DNA of 59,504 nucleotides, the filler included. It is 3 parts of 3 records of this genome, joined end to end, with 100 filler letters (N's around TTAATTAATTAA, not from the genome) between each part and the next. Parts side by side here need not be neighbours in the genome. Positions count along the whole stretch, not along the records: positions 19,177 to 50,078 come from SRR2962707_3234; 2 more parts are not named here. One strand, written 5' to 3'. This document shows positions 21,403 through 30,628 of the stretch, piece by piece; position 1 is the first letter of the stretch, and every line of letters begins with the position of its first letter. A program made the translations under genes and the position numbers. The notes under the pieces were generated by a model. It saw only the letters and a list, made by a program, of their open reading frames with translations. It was not told the origin of the DNA and did no database searches.

Positions 21403-21813
21403 TTACTGCGCTGCAGGATAGTCTGGTTCGATGAAGCGGCGTCCAAGAACACCCTCAAGATGATACAAGACTAATTTGATATCTTGTGTTTCCATCCCCA
21501 GATAGAGGCTGTCTTCTTGCTGATTATGCCAATCTGTCCACCACTCACAATACCGACCGAAGGCAGATTTATCTCCAAAGCTGGTTAGAAGTGGATCATC
21601 AAGCGGGTTTTTTGTTTCTACCGCACAGTCAATCACCTCCTTATTCATGATAGAGAAGGAGCTCAGTCTTAACTGAATTTGTCGACTGAACAGGAACGGT
21701 CTTTCACAGATATCGTCCGGCGTTGCGAACACAGGAAAGCAGCTGCCATGTGTGACGGTGCCAGATGTGATTCTTCTATCTGTGATCTGACCTTTGTTCA
21801 TTAATTTTAGCAT
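21403..21813 (-). CDS. hypothetical protein
   Basis: 136-aa ORF with GGGGA upstream; no recognisable motif. Confidence 0.5.
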   Translation of the reverse strand: MLKLMNKGQITDRRITSGTVTHGSCFPVFATPDDICERPFLFSRQIQLRLSSFSIMNKEVIDCAVETKNPLDDPLLTSFGDKSAFGRYCEWWTDWHNQQEDSLYLGMETQDIKLVLYHLEGVLGRRFIEPDYPAAQ

Positions 21814-21945
21814 TCCCCAATATACCTATTCGTCTTTTCCCCAAGTCGGAATTTGATTACACATGCAAGGTGCGCTTTTAAAGGCTGGTATAGGAAACCC
21901 ACCTTAAGTGCAGGATACCTATACCAAGAGGGAGTAACTGATCTC

Positions 21946-22524
21946 ATGAAACAGGTACTCATAGTTGATGACGATAGCCTGGTTCGTGAATATCTCGCAA
22001 AGGAGGCCTACAACCTGTTTGGCGATAGTGAAATATTCACCACATCAACGCTCGTGGACGCTCTGACGATCTGCAAGCAAAAAATACCATCCACGATACT
22101 GCTTGACCTTGTTCTGCCTGATACAACTGGTCTGAAAGGGCTTTATGCTGTTCGTGAACTCTGCCCTGATAGTTGTATCATTATGATTTCAGGGACGGTC
22201 CCTTCCAAAAACGTTCTCTTGGAAATGAAGAATCTGGCAAATGGTTTCCTGACCAAATCCAGCCATCATCTCACCCAACTTGCCGACGCTATTCATGCGA
22301 TTGAATCAGGTACTGAGATTTTTGAAAATCCCCATCCCCCGCATGCTTCCATCACACACACCTACAGCGGCCTGTCGCCAGTGGAAAATCAACTACTCCA
22401 GATGTTCCGCAACGGCCTGCGCGTCAAGGATGTGATCGAGCAAACACGTCTGAGCGAAAGTTATGTCAAGAGTGTCAGGCGTAATATTAAGGAAAAGCTT
22501 GGCCCTGACATCTTCGCCCCTTAG
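21946..22524 (+). CDS. orphan NarL/LuxR-type response regulator
   Basis: VLIVDDD, LLDLVLPD, MISG, GFLTK receiver motifs; C-terminal LSPVE...SESYVKS HTH; RBS GAGGGAG. Confidence 0.85.
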   Translation: MKQVLIVDDDSLVREYLAKEAYNLFGDSEIFTTSTLVDALTICKQKIPSTILLDLVLPDTTGLKGLYAVRELCPDSCIIMISGTVPSKNVLLEMKNLANGFLTKSSHHLTQLADAIHAIESGTEIFENPHPPHASITHTYSGLSPVENQLLQMFRNGLRVKDVIEQTRLSESYVKSVRRNIKEKLGPDIFAP

Positions 22525-23378
22525 GGCTTCTCATTTTCCGATAAGACGGGGAACCTTTTATAAAAGGCATCGAATGTCGTTCCTAACTCCACATCGGCCT
22601 CGACAAGATAAAAACCAGCAAGATTGACATCAGACACATAGGCAGGAGCAGCCGCCATTGTATATTCAACGGAAACGGTCCTCTCATCGATCCGGCCGTC
22701 ATCAAGCAGCAACCTGAGATCGGCAGTACCCCGGTACTTCCAGATTTCAGCTCTTTCCCGGGTGAGATCACCTGCAACATTTGTGACAGATACAATCGCT
22801 TCCTGATCGTAGAACCACTGAGCGTCATAACTTTCCCCGATCTGCAAACTTATCGTATTCCAGATATCTGTGTCGAAATACCCACGATAGAGCCCCTTGG
22901 GGTCCAATAGGTATCCGATGAATTCAGGATGCCAAAGACGTGACCACAACACATCGGTAATGCCAGCCACCTGGCGCGTTGCTTCAGCAGTCAGATCAGA
23001 AGTGACGCCCGCAATATCCGTTTCAATTGTCTCACAATAGGCGCGCAAGGTCTCCAACGCCTGATCGGCGCTGCGGATCTTGCTTTGATCTTCACTGTCA
23101 ATTGCTTCTGCCATATCCTCAATCAAAGAGCGCCGCAGCCCTTCATCAAGACAGGTCATGTAGCCTGTGGCACCTTCCGTTTCAGAAGCAAAAAAACCAA
23201 AGAAGCCCCGGTTTCGTTCGCGACACTGTTTTAGATGCGCAAGACTTTGGCCATAGTTGGCTGGATCTTGACAATCAAGTGCCTTAGCTGACGTGAACTC
23301 CTGCGCTTCGAGAGTTTCTGCGCTAAACGCCATGGTTGAAAATGCGATCACACCGACCGCAAGAAAGTTGGGGATCAT
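22521..23378 (-). CDS. exported protein, possible VirB8/DotI(IcmL)-like fold
   Basis: Signal peptide, Cys-containing helical N-domain, C-domain YFDTDIW...AIVSV...WKY...NLAGFYLV. Confidence 0.5.
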   Translation of the reverse strand: MIPNFLAVGVIAFSTMAFSAETLEAQEFTSAKALDCQDPANYGQSLAHLKQCRERNRGFFGFFASETEGATGYMTCLDEGLRRSLIEDMAEAIDSEDQSKIRSADQALETLRAYCETIETDIAGVTSDLTAEATRQVAGITDVLWSRLWHPEFIGYLLDPKGLYRGYFDTDIWNTISLQIGESYDAQWFYDQEAIVSVTNVAGDLTRERAEIWKYRGTADLRLLLDDGRIDERTVSVEYTMAAAPAYVSDVNLAGFYLVEADVELGTTFDAFYKRFPVLSENEKP

Positions 23379-25846
23379 CGCCTTTTCCTTTTCGCATAGC
23401 GTTTTGGCTTACCACCTTTGCTGCCACCTTTGCTGCCACCCTTCCCACTTTGGGCCTGATATTGCGCGAGATGACTGTCAATAAATTCAGAGCATATGTC
23501 GCTACTTGCCCGGATTTTTTCAGGAAGATCTATACTGAGCGCCGTGGCGATGGTTTGGGCAAACTGTAGTTGTTTGGGAGATGGCGGTACCGGGTGCTCT
23601 ACCAACCATTCACGAAGACGATCGGCAAATTTCTGGGCATTCATCGGCAACAGAACACCAATCGCTTCCGCTCTGCTTTGGGCAAAGGCAAGCATTTTCT
23701 CAGAAGGCGGATATCTCGCATCCTTCAGATGTGCATCCAGAAAGGCCGAAACCTTGTCGCGGTCGGTCCGGTCTTCCTGCGCAAAAGACAAGTCCTCGTT
23801 GCCACTCAGGATTGCATCCAAACCTTTGAGTTGCTGATCTGTGGGCTTTGAGAACTCTTCTTTGAGCTGATCTTCGCGCTGGTCGATCCACTCAGAACAC
23901 AAATGAGAGGAAGCCAGAGTTTTGGCCGACACCTTTTCCCCAAGTCTGTCAGCAGCTCGCTTGACGTATTTTTTAAGTTTCAGGGAAGGAGGGCGTGACA
24001 CCTGAATAAGTGAGAGATCGACAAAGCCGGCTGGGGCGCTCTTAACAGAGCTGACAAGCTCCCTTGCCATGCCTTGCACATATGTAATGACGTCGTGATA
24101 GGTTTTCTCTCCACCGGCAACCTCCTCGAGCATCTTTTCGATTTGAACCGTGAGATCGGGCGAGGTCAGTTGGGGTGTGAAATGACGCCAGAACTTTAGT
24201 GATTCCTCTCCACGAGGTGTCACAAGCACCCGCTTGGCGTTGCCCCCAATATATTCTCTAGCGCGCAATATCGTTTCATAATTGGCAAAAGTTGAGGGCG
24301 CACCAAGCCCCAGTTCCGCCATCTTTGCCAACAGCGCTTCCACCGAGTAATAAGCAGGCGGCCGTGTCATCTTATCGAGAACTTGTGATGAGACGTCAGT
24401 TAACTGATCTCCATCAGCCAGATGGGGAAAGTCTACCTTCCCGTCTCCATCACCTTCGATATCATCTGCCTCCGGTTCTTGATATATCGCCCGCCAGCCT
24501 TCACTAACTTGCTTCTTACCTGTCGCCTTGAAGGTTTTCCCGTCGTGGATCGCACTTATCGTCGTTAGGTCATAGAGATGGTCAGGCAAATGCGCAGCTA
24601 TGAAGACCTTGGCAACCAGCAGAAATATCTTCTGCTGGTTTTCGGTCAGTGACGATAAATCAAGGGTCGTTGCTTCCATCCTGTTTGGATTTGGTATAAT
24701 GGCGTGGTGAGAACTACCTGCCATTTCCCTGTCTGAATAGACCTCGCGTCGGTACTGAAATTGATGTTTATCAATCAGCTGCGCAAGCCCACCCGTTTCA
24801 AGTTCAGGCATCCTGGCGAGATGATATAAAAGTGCGCCGGTATCTGAACTCATGGCCTCGGGAAGAACCCGGGGCTCTGACCTTGGGTAGGTGAGAATGC
24901 CCTTAAGGTACAGCTCTTCCAAGACGCTCAGTGTGAGCGATGGGGCAAGACCAAAGGCAGTCGATGCCGCTCCTTGCAAGCTGTTTAAATTAAACAGCTT
25001 TGGTGGAGAACGACGCTTTTCTGTCTTTGTGACAGTTAAAGGCAATTGTCGGCTCACGGACTGAAGCAGCGCCAGAGCTTCCGACTTATCGAAGATCTTT
25101 GGTTCTGGAGCATAGGTCAGCGATATAATGTTTTCGTTTACAGTGCCAGTAAGCTTAAGGTCATAAAATGGTTGGGGTCTGAACTCAGAAATCTGATCGC
25201 ATCTTTGGGCCACCAGATTCAAAACAGGCGTTTGAACACGCCCCGCAGAAGATGGAATATCACGTCGGGACTGACCAAATGCCAAAGTTGATGCCCGTGT
25301 CATATTCATACCAACGACAAAGTCTATGACGGCACGGGCCATACCGGCGTAAAAACGCCCTTTGAAACTTGCACCGTCCACCATTTTCTGGTTGGCGATC
25401 TTTAGGGCTTTCACGTCAATCTGGGAATAAACAATCCGCTTTACCGGACCTTGATATCCCAGCAGGGTGATTGGAAGCCATCCTATTACTTCTCCCTCCC
25501 GATCATCGTCGGTCGCTACGACGAACTCGTCATAATGGGGCAAGGATTCCTTGATCACCTGGAACTGGCGTTTTTTGAGCTTACCCAAATCACCACTGTC
25601 GTCGACAACATAGTCAAACCGATCAAACGCCAGCGGCAAGTCATCCATCCGCCATTCCGCCCAATCGGGGTTATGCTCCTGCGGTTCTTTTAACCGGAAA
25701 AGATGTCCGTAGGCCCAGACAACACGATGACCATCCGTGCAGTCATAATAGCCTGATTTCTTCTGCGCAGAACTGTATCCACCCAATGCTTGCGCAAGTA
25801 CGGCCGCCTGATCATGCTTCTCTGTGAGATAAAGGCGCTTGATCAT
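23375..25846 (-). CDS. topB: plasmid type IA DNA topoisomerase (topoisomerase III-like)
   Basis: LTEK, GHL, ATDDDREGE Toprim, AGRVQTP, catalytic TYPRS, HHAIIP; four C-terminal repeats. Confidence 0.9.
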   Translation of the reverse strand: MIKRLYLTEKHDQAAVLAQALGGYSSAQKKSGYYDCTDGHRVVWAYGHLFRLKEPQEHNPDWAEWRMDDLPLAFDRFDYVVDDSGDLGKLKKRQFQVIKESLPHYDEFVVATDDDREGEVIGWLPITLLGYQGPVKRIVYSQIDVKALKIANQKMVDGASFKGRFYAGMARAVIDFVVGMNMTRASTLAFGQSRRDIPSSAGRVQTPVLNLVAQRCDQISEFRPQPFYDLKLTGTVNENIISLTYAPEPKIFDKSEALALLQSVSRQLPLTVTKTEKRRSPPKLFNLNSLQGAASTAFGLAPSLTLSVLEELYLKGILTYPRSEPRVLPEAMSSDTGALLYHLARMPELETGGLAQLIDKHQFQYRREVYSDREMAGSSHHAIIPNPNRMEATTLDLSSLTENQQKIFLLVAKVFIAAHLPDHLYDLTTISAIHDGKTFKATGKKQVSEGWRAIYQEPEADDIEGDGDGKVDFPHLADGDQLTDVSSQVLDKMTRPPAYYSVEALLAKMAELGLGAPSTFANYETILRAREYIGGNAKRVLVTPRGEESLKFWRHFTPQLTSPDLTVQIEKMLEEVAGGEKTYHDVITYVQGMARELVSSVKSAPAGFVDLSLIQVSRPPSLKLKKYVKRAADRLGEKVSAKTLASSHLCSEWIDQREDQLKEEFSKPTDQQLKGLDAILSGNEDLSFAQEDRTDRDKVSAFLDAHLKDARYPPSEKMLAFAQSRAEAIGVLLPMNAQKFADRLREWLVEHPVPPSPKQLQFAQTIATALSIDLPEKIRASSDICSEFIDSHLAQYQAQSGKGGSKGGSKGGKPKRYAKRKRR

Positions 25847-26331
25847 TCTGCCCTTCTCTGCAACGCAGGGGCCTCATCTGACGGAAGCACTCCGCCGAGG
25901 TCAGTCGAAAAATAGCCAAGGATGGAGGCTTCTGAAACGGTTCCACTGAAAGCTGCAATAAAGCGATATTCAGCATGTCGCTGTTGCGCTACTGATTTTT
26001 GGGCTGCCATCGTCCAGTTGGGCGCTGTCCAATATTCCAGCACCGGCAACAATGCCCGGTGATCAAACCCCATAATGCTAAAGGTCTGATTTGGACCAGT
26101 AAACTTGCGCCAGGCATTCGGTGTCAGCGGCATTGTTTCCCAGCGGCCGACAGGATTGAAACCTTTGTTCTCAGGCGCCAAGTCATCATTCAGAGCAACG
26201 ACAAACTGAAGCTCACCACCGTACTTTTGTATGCAGACCCTTACAGCCTCCTGCCAGTTCAGAGCTTGCACACGCTCGGCAATTGTTTCTTCGGTGTTTG
26301 CGCTCCAACCGATGACGCGAATGTTTAACAT
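25843..26331 (-). CDS. hypothetical protein with internal duplication
   Basis: ATGA-coupled to topB; two ~50-aa units sharing G..E...AxNW..A...E.F..A. Confidence 0.7.
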   Translation of the reverse strand: MLNIRVIGWSANTEETIAERVQALNWQEAVRVCIQKYGGELQFVVALNDDLAPENKGFNPVGRWETMPLTPNAWRKFTGPNQTFSIMGFDHRALLPVLEYWTAPNWTMAAQKSVAQQRHAEYRFIAAFSGTVSEASILGYFSTDLGGVLPSDEAPALQRRAE

Positions 26332-26340
26332 AACAGATCC

Positions 26341-27795
26341 CTACCGAGTTGGTTTGCGTTTGGGCCGAATGAAATCAACCACCCGCTGAAGAGCTGGTTG
26401 CGGAATTGACTGTGCTTGCTCTTGTGCTGGCACGAAGACACGAATTTCTGTCATACGATTACGGACAAGGTCACGATGGGCGGATGACACACTCTCTAAT
26501 CGTAGCCGATGCCGTAAACCGCCAAGACCCCGTAGCATGGTGGTTCGGTCCTGGTCGCGTTGGCGCACTTTATGCGTCAATTTACTGGTGAGCTTGTCGA
26601 GATCCGCTGGGGGCTTTGCCCAGTTAACCTTTGGAAATGTCTGACAGGCGCGCGCGGCTTGTGCGGCTGGCTGAAGCATCGTCTCCGCCCCTTGGACCAA
26701 CTCGCCAAAGGCCAATGGCTGCCGGGTGAGATACCAGATAGCCAGGGCCTTATGCTTGGCAGATTGTCCATCCCCATTGACCATTTTGAAATAATTGGCC
26801 AAAGCCCGTTCCGGGTCGCTATAGATCCCGGCAAAGCACGCCAGCAATGTGTGAAATTCAACCGGGATGCGACCTGTATCTTTGACTGGCTGTGACAAGG
26901 GACGCTGGCCTTTAATGAATGCGCTGCGTTCTTGCTTGGGGAGATCTTTCGATTGCTTCTTGATGGCTGCCACCCGATCTTTACGTCGCAACCACCCCTG
27001 GCCCTCCTCGGACAGCCAGTAAGGAACTTGTTTAGCTAAAGAGGTGTCCTTGTCGTAGGCGACACGCGGGACGTTCTCTCTAAGAGCGGCCCTGCCTTCC
27101 AGAATGTCGCGTAAAAGATCTGGTCTGTCTTCCCTGCGCTCAGAATGAACCGGTAAATCCAAGATACGAGCCTGCTTTGCCAAACGGGCACGCATGTCTT
27201 CAAGTATGGTTGGGGTTAAGCGCAACTGGGTCTTGGCCGGCCCATTCGATCTTGCTTTTACGATCAGATGGATGTGCGGACGACCAGGATGATCAAGATG
27301 TACCCCCCAAAGGACCTGATGCTCGCGTTCGGCAAATTCAGTGAAGATGAACTCACGTGCAGCTTCACGCATGCGCGATGCAAGCTCCACCTCTGTCAGC
27401 CCCGTTCCTTCAGTGGTCTGCGACCAAACGAAATGATAGGCCTGATTACGCCAGAACTTTTCGCGCTCGGGAAGCAGTGCCAAGCCGTCCTCTTGACCGA
27501 CACGTTCACGTGCACCCGGCCGAAGGTTCTCGTTATTGCCAAGCAAAGACCATCCCCGGACCACAGATTTCAAGTCCTTGACCGGGATAACCTCCCCCAT
27601 CTCGTCAAAAAGCTCAATGTGATCATGTTCGCCCTGCCCTTGAGCACGGGCAACATAATTGGCTAACGCCAGAACACCTGCAGCCGTTTTGCGCGGCCCA
27701 GCAGTAACCTTTAAAAGCAGCTGCTGCCCTCTCCCGGCAAAAGGCTTCCAACCGCTCATTGTTTTGAGCCGGGATACGTCCCCTGCTGATAGCAT
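26341..27795 (-). CDS. MOB-P / VirD2-like HUH relaxase
   Basis: LLKVT...NYVAR (catalytic Tyr), YHFVWS, VHLDHPGRPHIHLIV (3-His motif), basic C-terminus. Confidence 0.88.
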   Translation of the reverse strand: MLSAGDVSRLKTMSGWKPFAGRGQQLLLKVTAGPRKTAAGVLALANYVARAQGQGEHDHIELFDEMGEVIPVKDLKSVVRGWSLLGNNENLRPGARERVGQEDGLALLPEREKFWRNQAYHFVWSQTTEGTGLTEVELASRMREAAREFIFTEFAEREHQVLWGVHLDHPGRPHIHLIVKARSNGPAKTQLRLTPTILEDMRARLAKQARILDLPVHSERREDRPDLLRDILEGRAALRENVPRVAYDKDTSLAKQVPYWLSEEGQGWLRRKDRVAAIKKQSKDLPKQERSAFIKGQRPLSQPVKDTGRIPVEFHTLLACFAGIYSDPERALANYFKMVNGDGQSAKHKALAIWYLTRQPLAFGELVQGAETMLQPAAQAARACQTFPKVNWAKPPADLDKLTSKLTHKVRQRDQDRTTMLRGLGGLRHRLRLESVSSAHRDLVRNRMTEIRVFVPAQEQAQSIPQPALQRVVDFIRPKRKPTR

Positions 27796-28184
27796 CAGAT
27801 ATTAACCCCCCAAGCCGAAACAGTCTTCTGGATGTCCTTGACAGTCTTATCGGCAGTCCCGATTGCACTTTCACAATCTTCGAGTAAGGGCGGCTCGCCT
27901 GACTGCGTTGCGTCATAAACGTTCAACTTTTTGGCGATCTGATTAAGCAAGCCGCGCACACCGCGAAGATTGATAACCAGACCGCGGATCATTTGCTCCT
28001 GATCTACGCTGAGCAGAGCCAGGGTCGGTTCTGTCCGGGTCGGTTCTGATAATCGTGAACGCACCAACGCGGCCTCCCGAACAAAGGCAGATGGCCTTTT
28101 CCCTTGTTGCTCAGCAGCTGATTTGACCCGCGCAAAGTCCGCCTCACTCATTCGGTAACTGCGGACTGTTGTCTCCCCACTCAT
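27795..28184 (-). CDS. mobC: MobC-like ribbon-helix-helix relaxosome protein
   Basis: VRSYRMSEADFARVKSAAEQQGKRPSAFVREAAL RHH and LRGVRGLLNQIAKKLN MobC motif; stop overlaps the relaxase start. Confidence 0.85.
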   Translation of the reverse strand: MSGETTVRSYRMSEADFARVKSAAEQQGKRPSAFVREAALVRSRLSEPTRTEPTLALLSVDQEQMIRGLVINLRGVRGLLNQIAKKLNVYDATQSGEPPLLEDCESAIGTADKTVKDIQKTVSAWGVNI

Positions 28185-28217
28185 CCTTAAAACCCCATAA
28201 CTGCAAGATTTTTGAAG

Positions 28218-28280
28218 CGTATTACGCGCCCATTTTTCTTGCAATAGCTTTTTTTGTGTATTACAAAATGCATATCCTGC
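28218..28280 (+). other. origin of transfer (oriT), predicted nick between 28279 and 28280
   Basis: CATATCCTG|C (IncP/T-border-type nic) preceded by inverted repeat TTTTGT-gtatt-ACAAAA and a second GTATTAC-cored repeat; directly upstream of mobC. Confidence 0.8.
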
Positions 28281-28483
28281 GAAAAATAATTAGCAGGTAA
28301 TCATATTCCGTTAAGGGGCGGTAAAAGCGTTAGTTTTGTTGGGGTTTTGCGGTTTTTTGCCCACAACCTATATGCATTACTCTTTGTGATTTCTGGTAAA
28401 ATCAGCAATATTGAAATGTGACTGCAAGAAATTTTCCTGTGATCCTGAATTCTTGCAGCGTGATAGGATTAACGGAGTTTGTG

Positions 28484-28765
28484 ATGTCCTCGCAAAAGAG
28501 TGTGATCGAGAGATTGAAGTCCGGTATAGCCACCGAAGCGCAAGCCCGGGGCAATGCCTTGCGCGAAAGCTTCACGGTCCGGCTGCCTGTCAGTGGATGG
28601 AAAGGATGGCTGCGCTGGCTGTTCTGGAAATTGTTGATCATCACGTTTATTGCGCTGCGCGGGTGGGTCTACATCGTCGCGATCGCCATTGCGGCCGCAT
28701 ATTTTATGTACGACTTACCCCCCACCCGGTTGCTCGAGAACTGGAAACAAATGCGAGGGCAGTAA
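28484..28765 (+). CDS. small membrane protein
   Basis: RBS GGAG, hydrophobic WLFWKLLIITFIAL...IVAIAIAAAYF; ends 1 nt before the SLT gene. Confidence 0.65.
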   Translation: MSSQKSVIERLKSGIATEAQARGNALRESFTVRLPVSGWKGWLRWLFWKLLIITFIALRGWVYIVAIAIAAAYFMYDLPPTRLLENWKQMRGQ

Positions 28766-28766
28766 T

Positions 28767-29315
28767 ATGCGAAAGTCCCTGCAAGGAGCGGCTGTTCTTA
28801 TCGCGATGATGTGGCCTGCCTTTGCTCAAGGCAGTGAGGTTTGTCGCATCGCTGTGCAGGCTGCAGAACGTGCCTACGACATTCCTCCTGAGCTTCTTCT
28901 GGCCATGAACCAGGTTGAAACGCTTTGGTCCAATCAGGCATGGCCCTGGTCGCTTAACATTGCGGGCAAGCCGCGGCGATATCAGTCCGGGGATCAGATG
29001 GCAAACGCACTTGGTGAAGTGGTCAGGCGGACAGAAAATATCGACATCGGGTGCATGCAGATAAACTGGCGATGGGTTGGTAAGGTTTGCGTTTCAGATC
29101 CTGCCGAGTTGGTGGATCCTGCATCCAACGCCCAATGCTCGGCGAAATACCTCAAGAGCCTTTATATGAGACTTGGCAGTTGGCATCAGGCGGTTCAGGC
29201 ATATCATGTCGGGCCAAACCGCAAAGAGATCGCTGTACTCAAACGCGCAGACAGCTATGCTTGCAAAGTAGGTCGCCAGTATGCGTTGCTTCTCGGGAAA
29301 AAGGATCCCTGTTGA
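28767..29315 (+). CDS. lytic transglycosylase (SLT, VirB1-like)
   Basis: Signal peptide, IPPELLLAMNQVET (catalytic Glu), DIGCMQIN, AVQAYH. Confidence 0.9.
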   Translation: MRKSLQGAAVLIAMMWPAFAQGSEVCRIAVQAAERAYDIPPELLLAMNQVETLWSNQAWPWSLNIAGKPRRYQSGDQMANALGEVVRRTENIDIGCMQINWRWVGKVCVSDPAELVDPASNAQCSAKYLKSLYMRLGSWHQAVQAYHVGPNRKEIAVLKRADSYACKVGRQYALLLGKKDPC

Positions 29316-29494
29316 TGAGAAAACCGGACATGGGTCACCGTTCAGAAGATCAGGATCTTGATAACGCGCTGCTGGAAGTGACCCGGATTTTGCTGCCCGG
29401 AAAGGTTCACGAGCTCGAAACCACTTTTCGACAGGAAGCCCCGGCGCAATGCGCGACCATTCTTCCTTTCAAGCGGCCGACCGGGAACCGTTAG
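29315..29494 (+). CDS. small hypothetical protein (59 aa)
   Basis: TGATG coupling to the SLT stop; MRKPDMGHRSEDQDLDNALLEV...ILPFKRP. Confidence 0.45.
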   Translation: MRKPDMGHRSEDQDLDNALLEVTRILLPGKVHELETTFRQEAPAQCATILPFKRPTGNR

Positions 29495-30453
29495 CTGCAG
29501 CTGGCTTCGAAGTTGCTGTCATTGTTCGAGAAATCCCACCCTTCCCCTGCCCTGCTTTCAAGAATATTGCCGCTAAAGGCAGGATAAAGCTGCAAGCTTG
29601 CGTGATCTTCGATGACATCGATGGACCGGATCGCATCCATCACTGCAGGCTGAACATTCCGCCAGGCGCTTCCATGAGCAGCATTGTTGTTTTCAAACAC
29701 AAAACTGATCGCGCGCAGATCCGAACCATCCTGACGCAAGAAGGTCTTGTAATAATGGCTCGGGACGCCAACCCGGGATTTTCCATTGTTGCTTCGCATC
29801 CGGATGGCATTCTGATCCGGATCACGGCCCCCTACCCCATCCCGATCAAAAAGAGCGCCGGTTGTGACGAAAATCTGACCGTAGCGTTCTGCCCAGTGTC
29901 GGGTCAGGCTTTCCATGGACAACCATATGCCGCGGTTAAACCTGCAATACTGTGGGGACATGTTCGACATCACATAACTGTTGATCTGTTCGACCAGGTT
30001 GTCTTTCAAATCCGCATCGTTGGCCATATGGCCCTGATCAAATACGGGCTCACGATAATCTGTCGTGGAAGCTTTCTTGCCACGCTTCAAACGTGGATCC
30101 GCCCTGAAGCAGTTTACGCGATCCTTGCCTGTAGCATTGGTAGTGTCTTGTTCAGTAAGTTGGAAAGACACCCAAAGGCTGGTCATCAGATCGACGTCAT
30201 GGGCCATGATATAGCCGCCCTGATACAGAAGCTGTTCGTTTCCGCCAGCAAGTGCTCGAGGCAATCCTAACGGGGCATGGTAATCGGCGAGCTTTGCCTG
30301 AATGCGACTATCTTGCGCTATAACCATCAGCTGCTGGTTTGCCAGCGCCTTTTCGTCCGCCGTGCAGTTTCGCGATGCAGCTTGCGCTGTGCCAGAGCTG
30401 CAGGCCAGTATGGCGGCTGTGAAAAGCGATGTTATCAGTTGATTACGGATCAT
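29491..30453 (-). CDS. secreted DNA/RNA non-specific endonuclease (NucA/Serratia type)
   Basis: Signal peptide, FRADP, FDQGHM (DRGH-like), SNMSPQ, FNRGIW..E, VPSHYYK. Confidence 0.92.
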   Translation of the reverse strand: MIRNQLITSLFTAAILACSSGTAQAASRNCTADEKALANQQLMVIAQDSRIQAKLADYHAPLGLPRALAGGNEQLLYQGGYIMAHDVDLMTSLWVSFQLTEQDTTNATGKDRVNCFRADPRLKRGKKASTTDYREPVFDQGHMANDADLKDNLVEQINSYVMSNMSPQYCRFNRGIWLSMESLTRHWAERYGQIFVTTGALFDRDGVGGRDPDQNAIRMRSNNGKSRVGVPSHYYKTFLRQDGSDLRAISFVFENNNAAHGSAWRNVQPAVMDAIRSIDVIEDHASLQLYPAFSGNILESRAGEGWDFSNNDSNFEASCS

Positions 30454-30460
30454 CGATGAA

Positions 30461-30628
30461 TTACCTGCCGTTTAGTTTGCTCCCGATAAGTCCACCGATG
30501 ATAGCGCCAAGTGGGCCGAAAACATAAGCCCCGTTAATGGCATTTCCGAAGCCGGAAACCCCGGTGGACATACCAGCGACAATTCCCAGAATGAATCCGG
30601 CAGCAATTCCGATCGCAATCTTCTTCAT
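30461..30628 (-). CDS. 55-aa glycine-zipper membrane protein (below the ORF-track cutoff)
   Basis: MKKIAIGIAAGFILGIVAGMSTGVSGFGNAINGAYVFGPLGAIIGGLIGSKLNGR; ATGA overlap with the upstream gene; ends 7 nt before the nuclease start. Confidence 0.75.
   Translation of the reverse strand: MKKIAIGIAAGFILGIVAGMSTGVSGFGNAINGAYVFGPLGAIIGGLIGSKLNGR

Noticed and set aside
23412-23441. 12-bp tandem repeat CCACCTTTGCTG
   Set aside because: Simply encodes the GGSK linker of the TopB tail.
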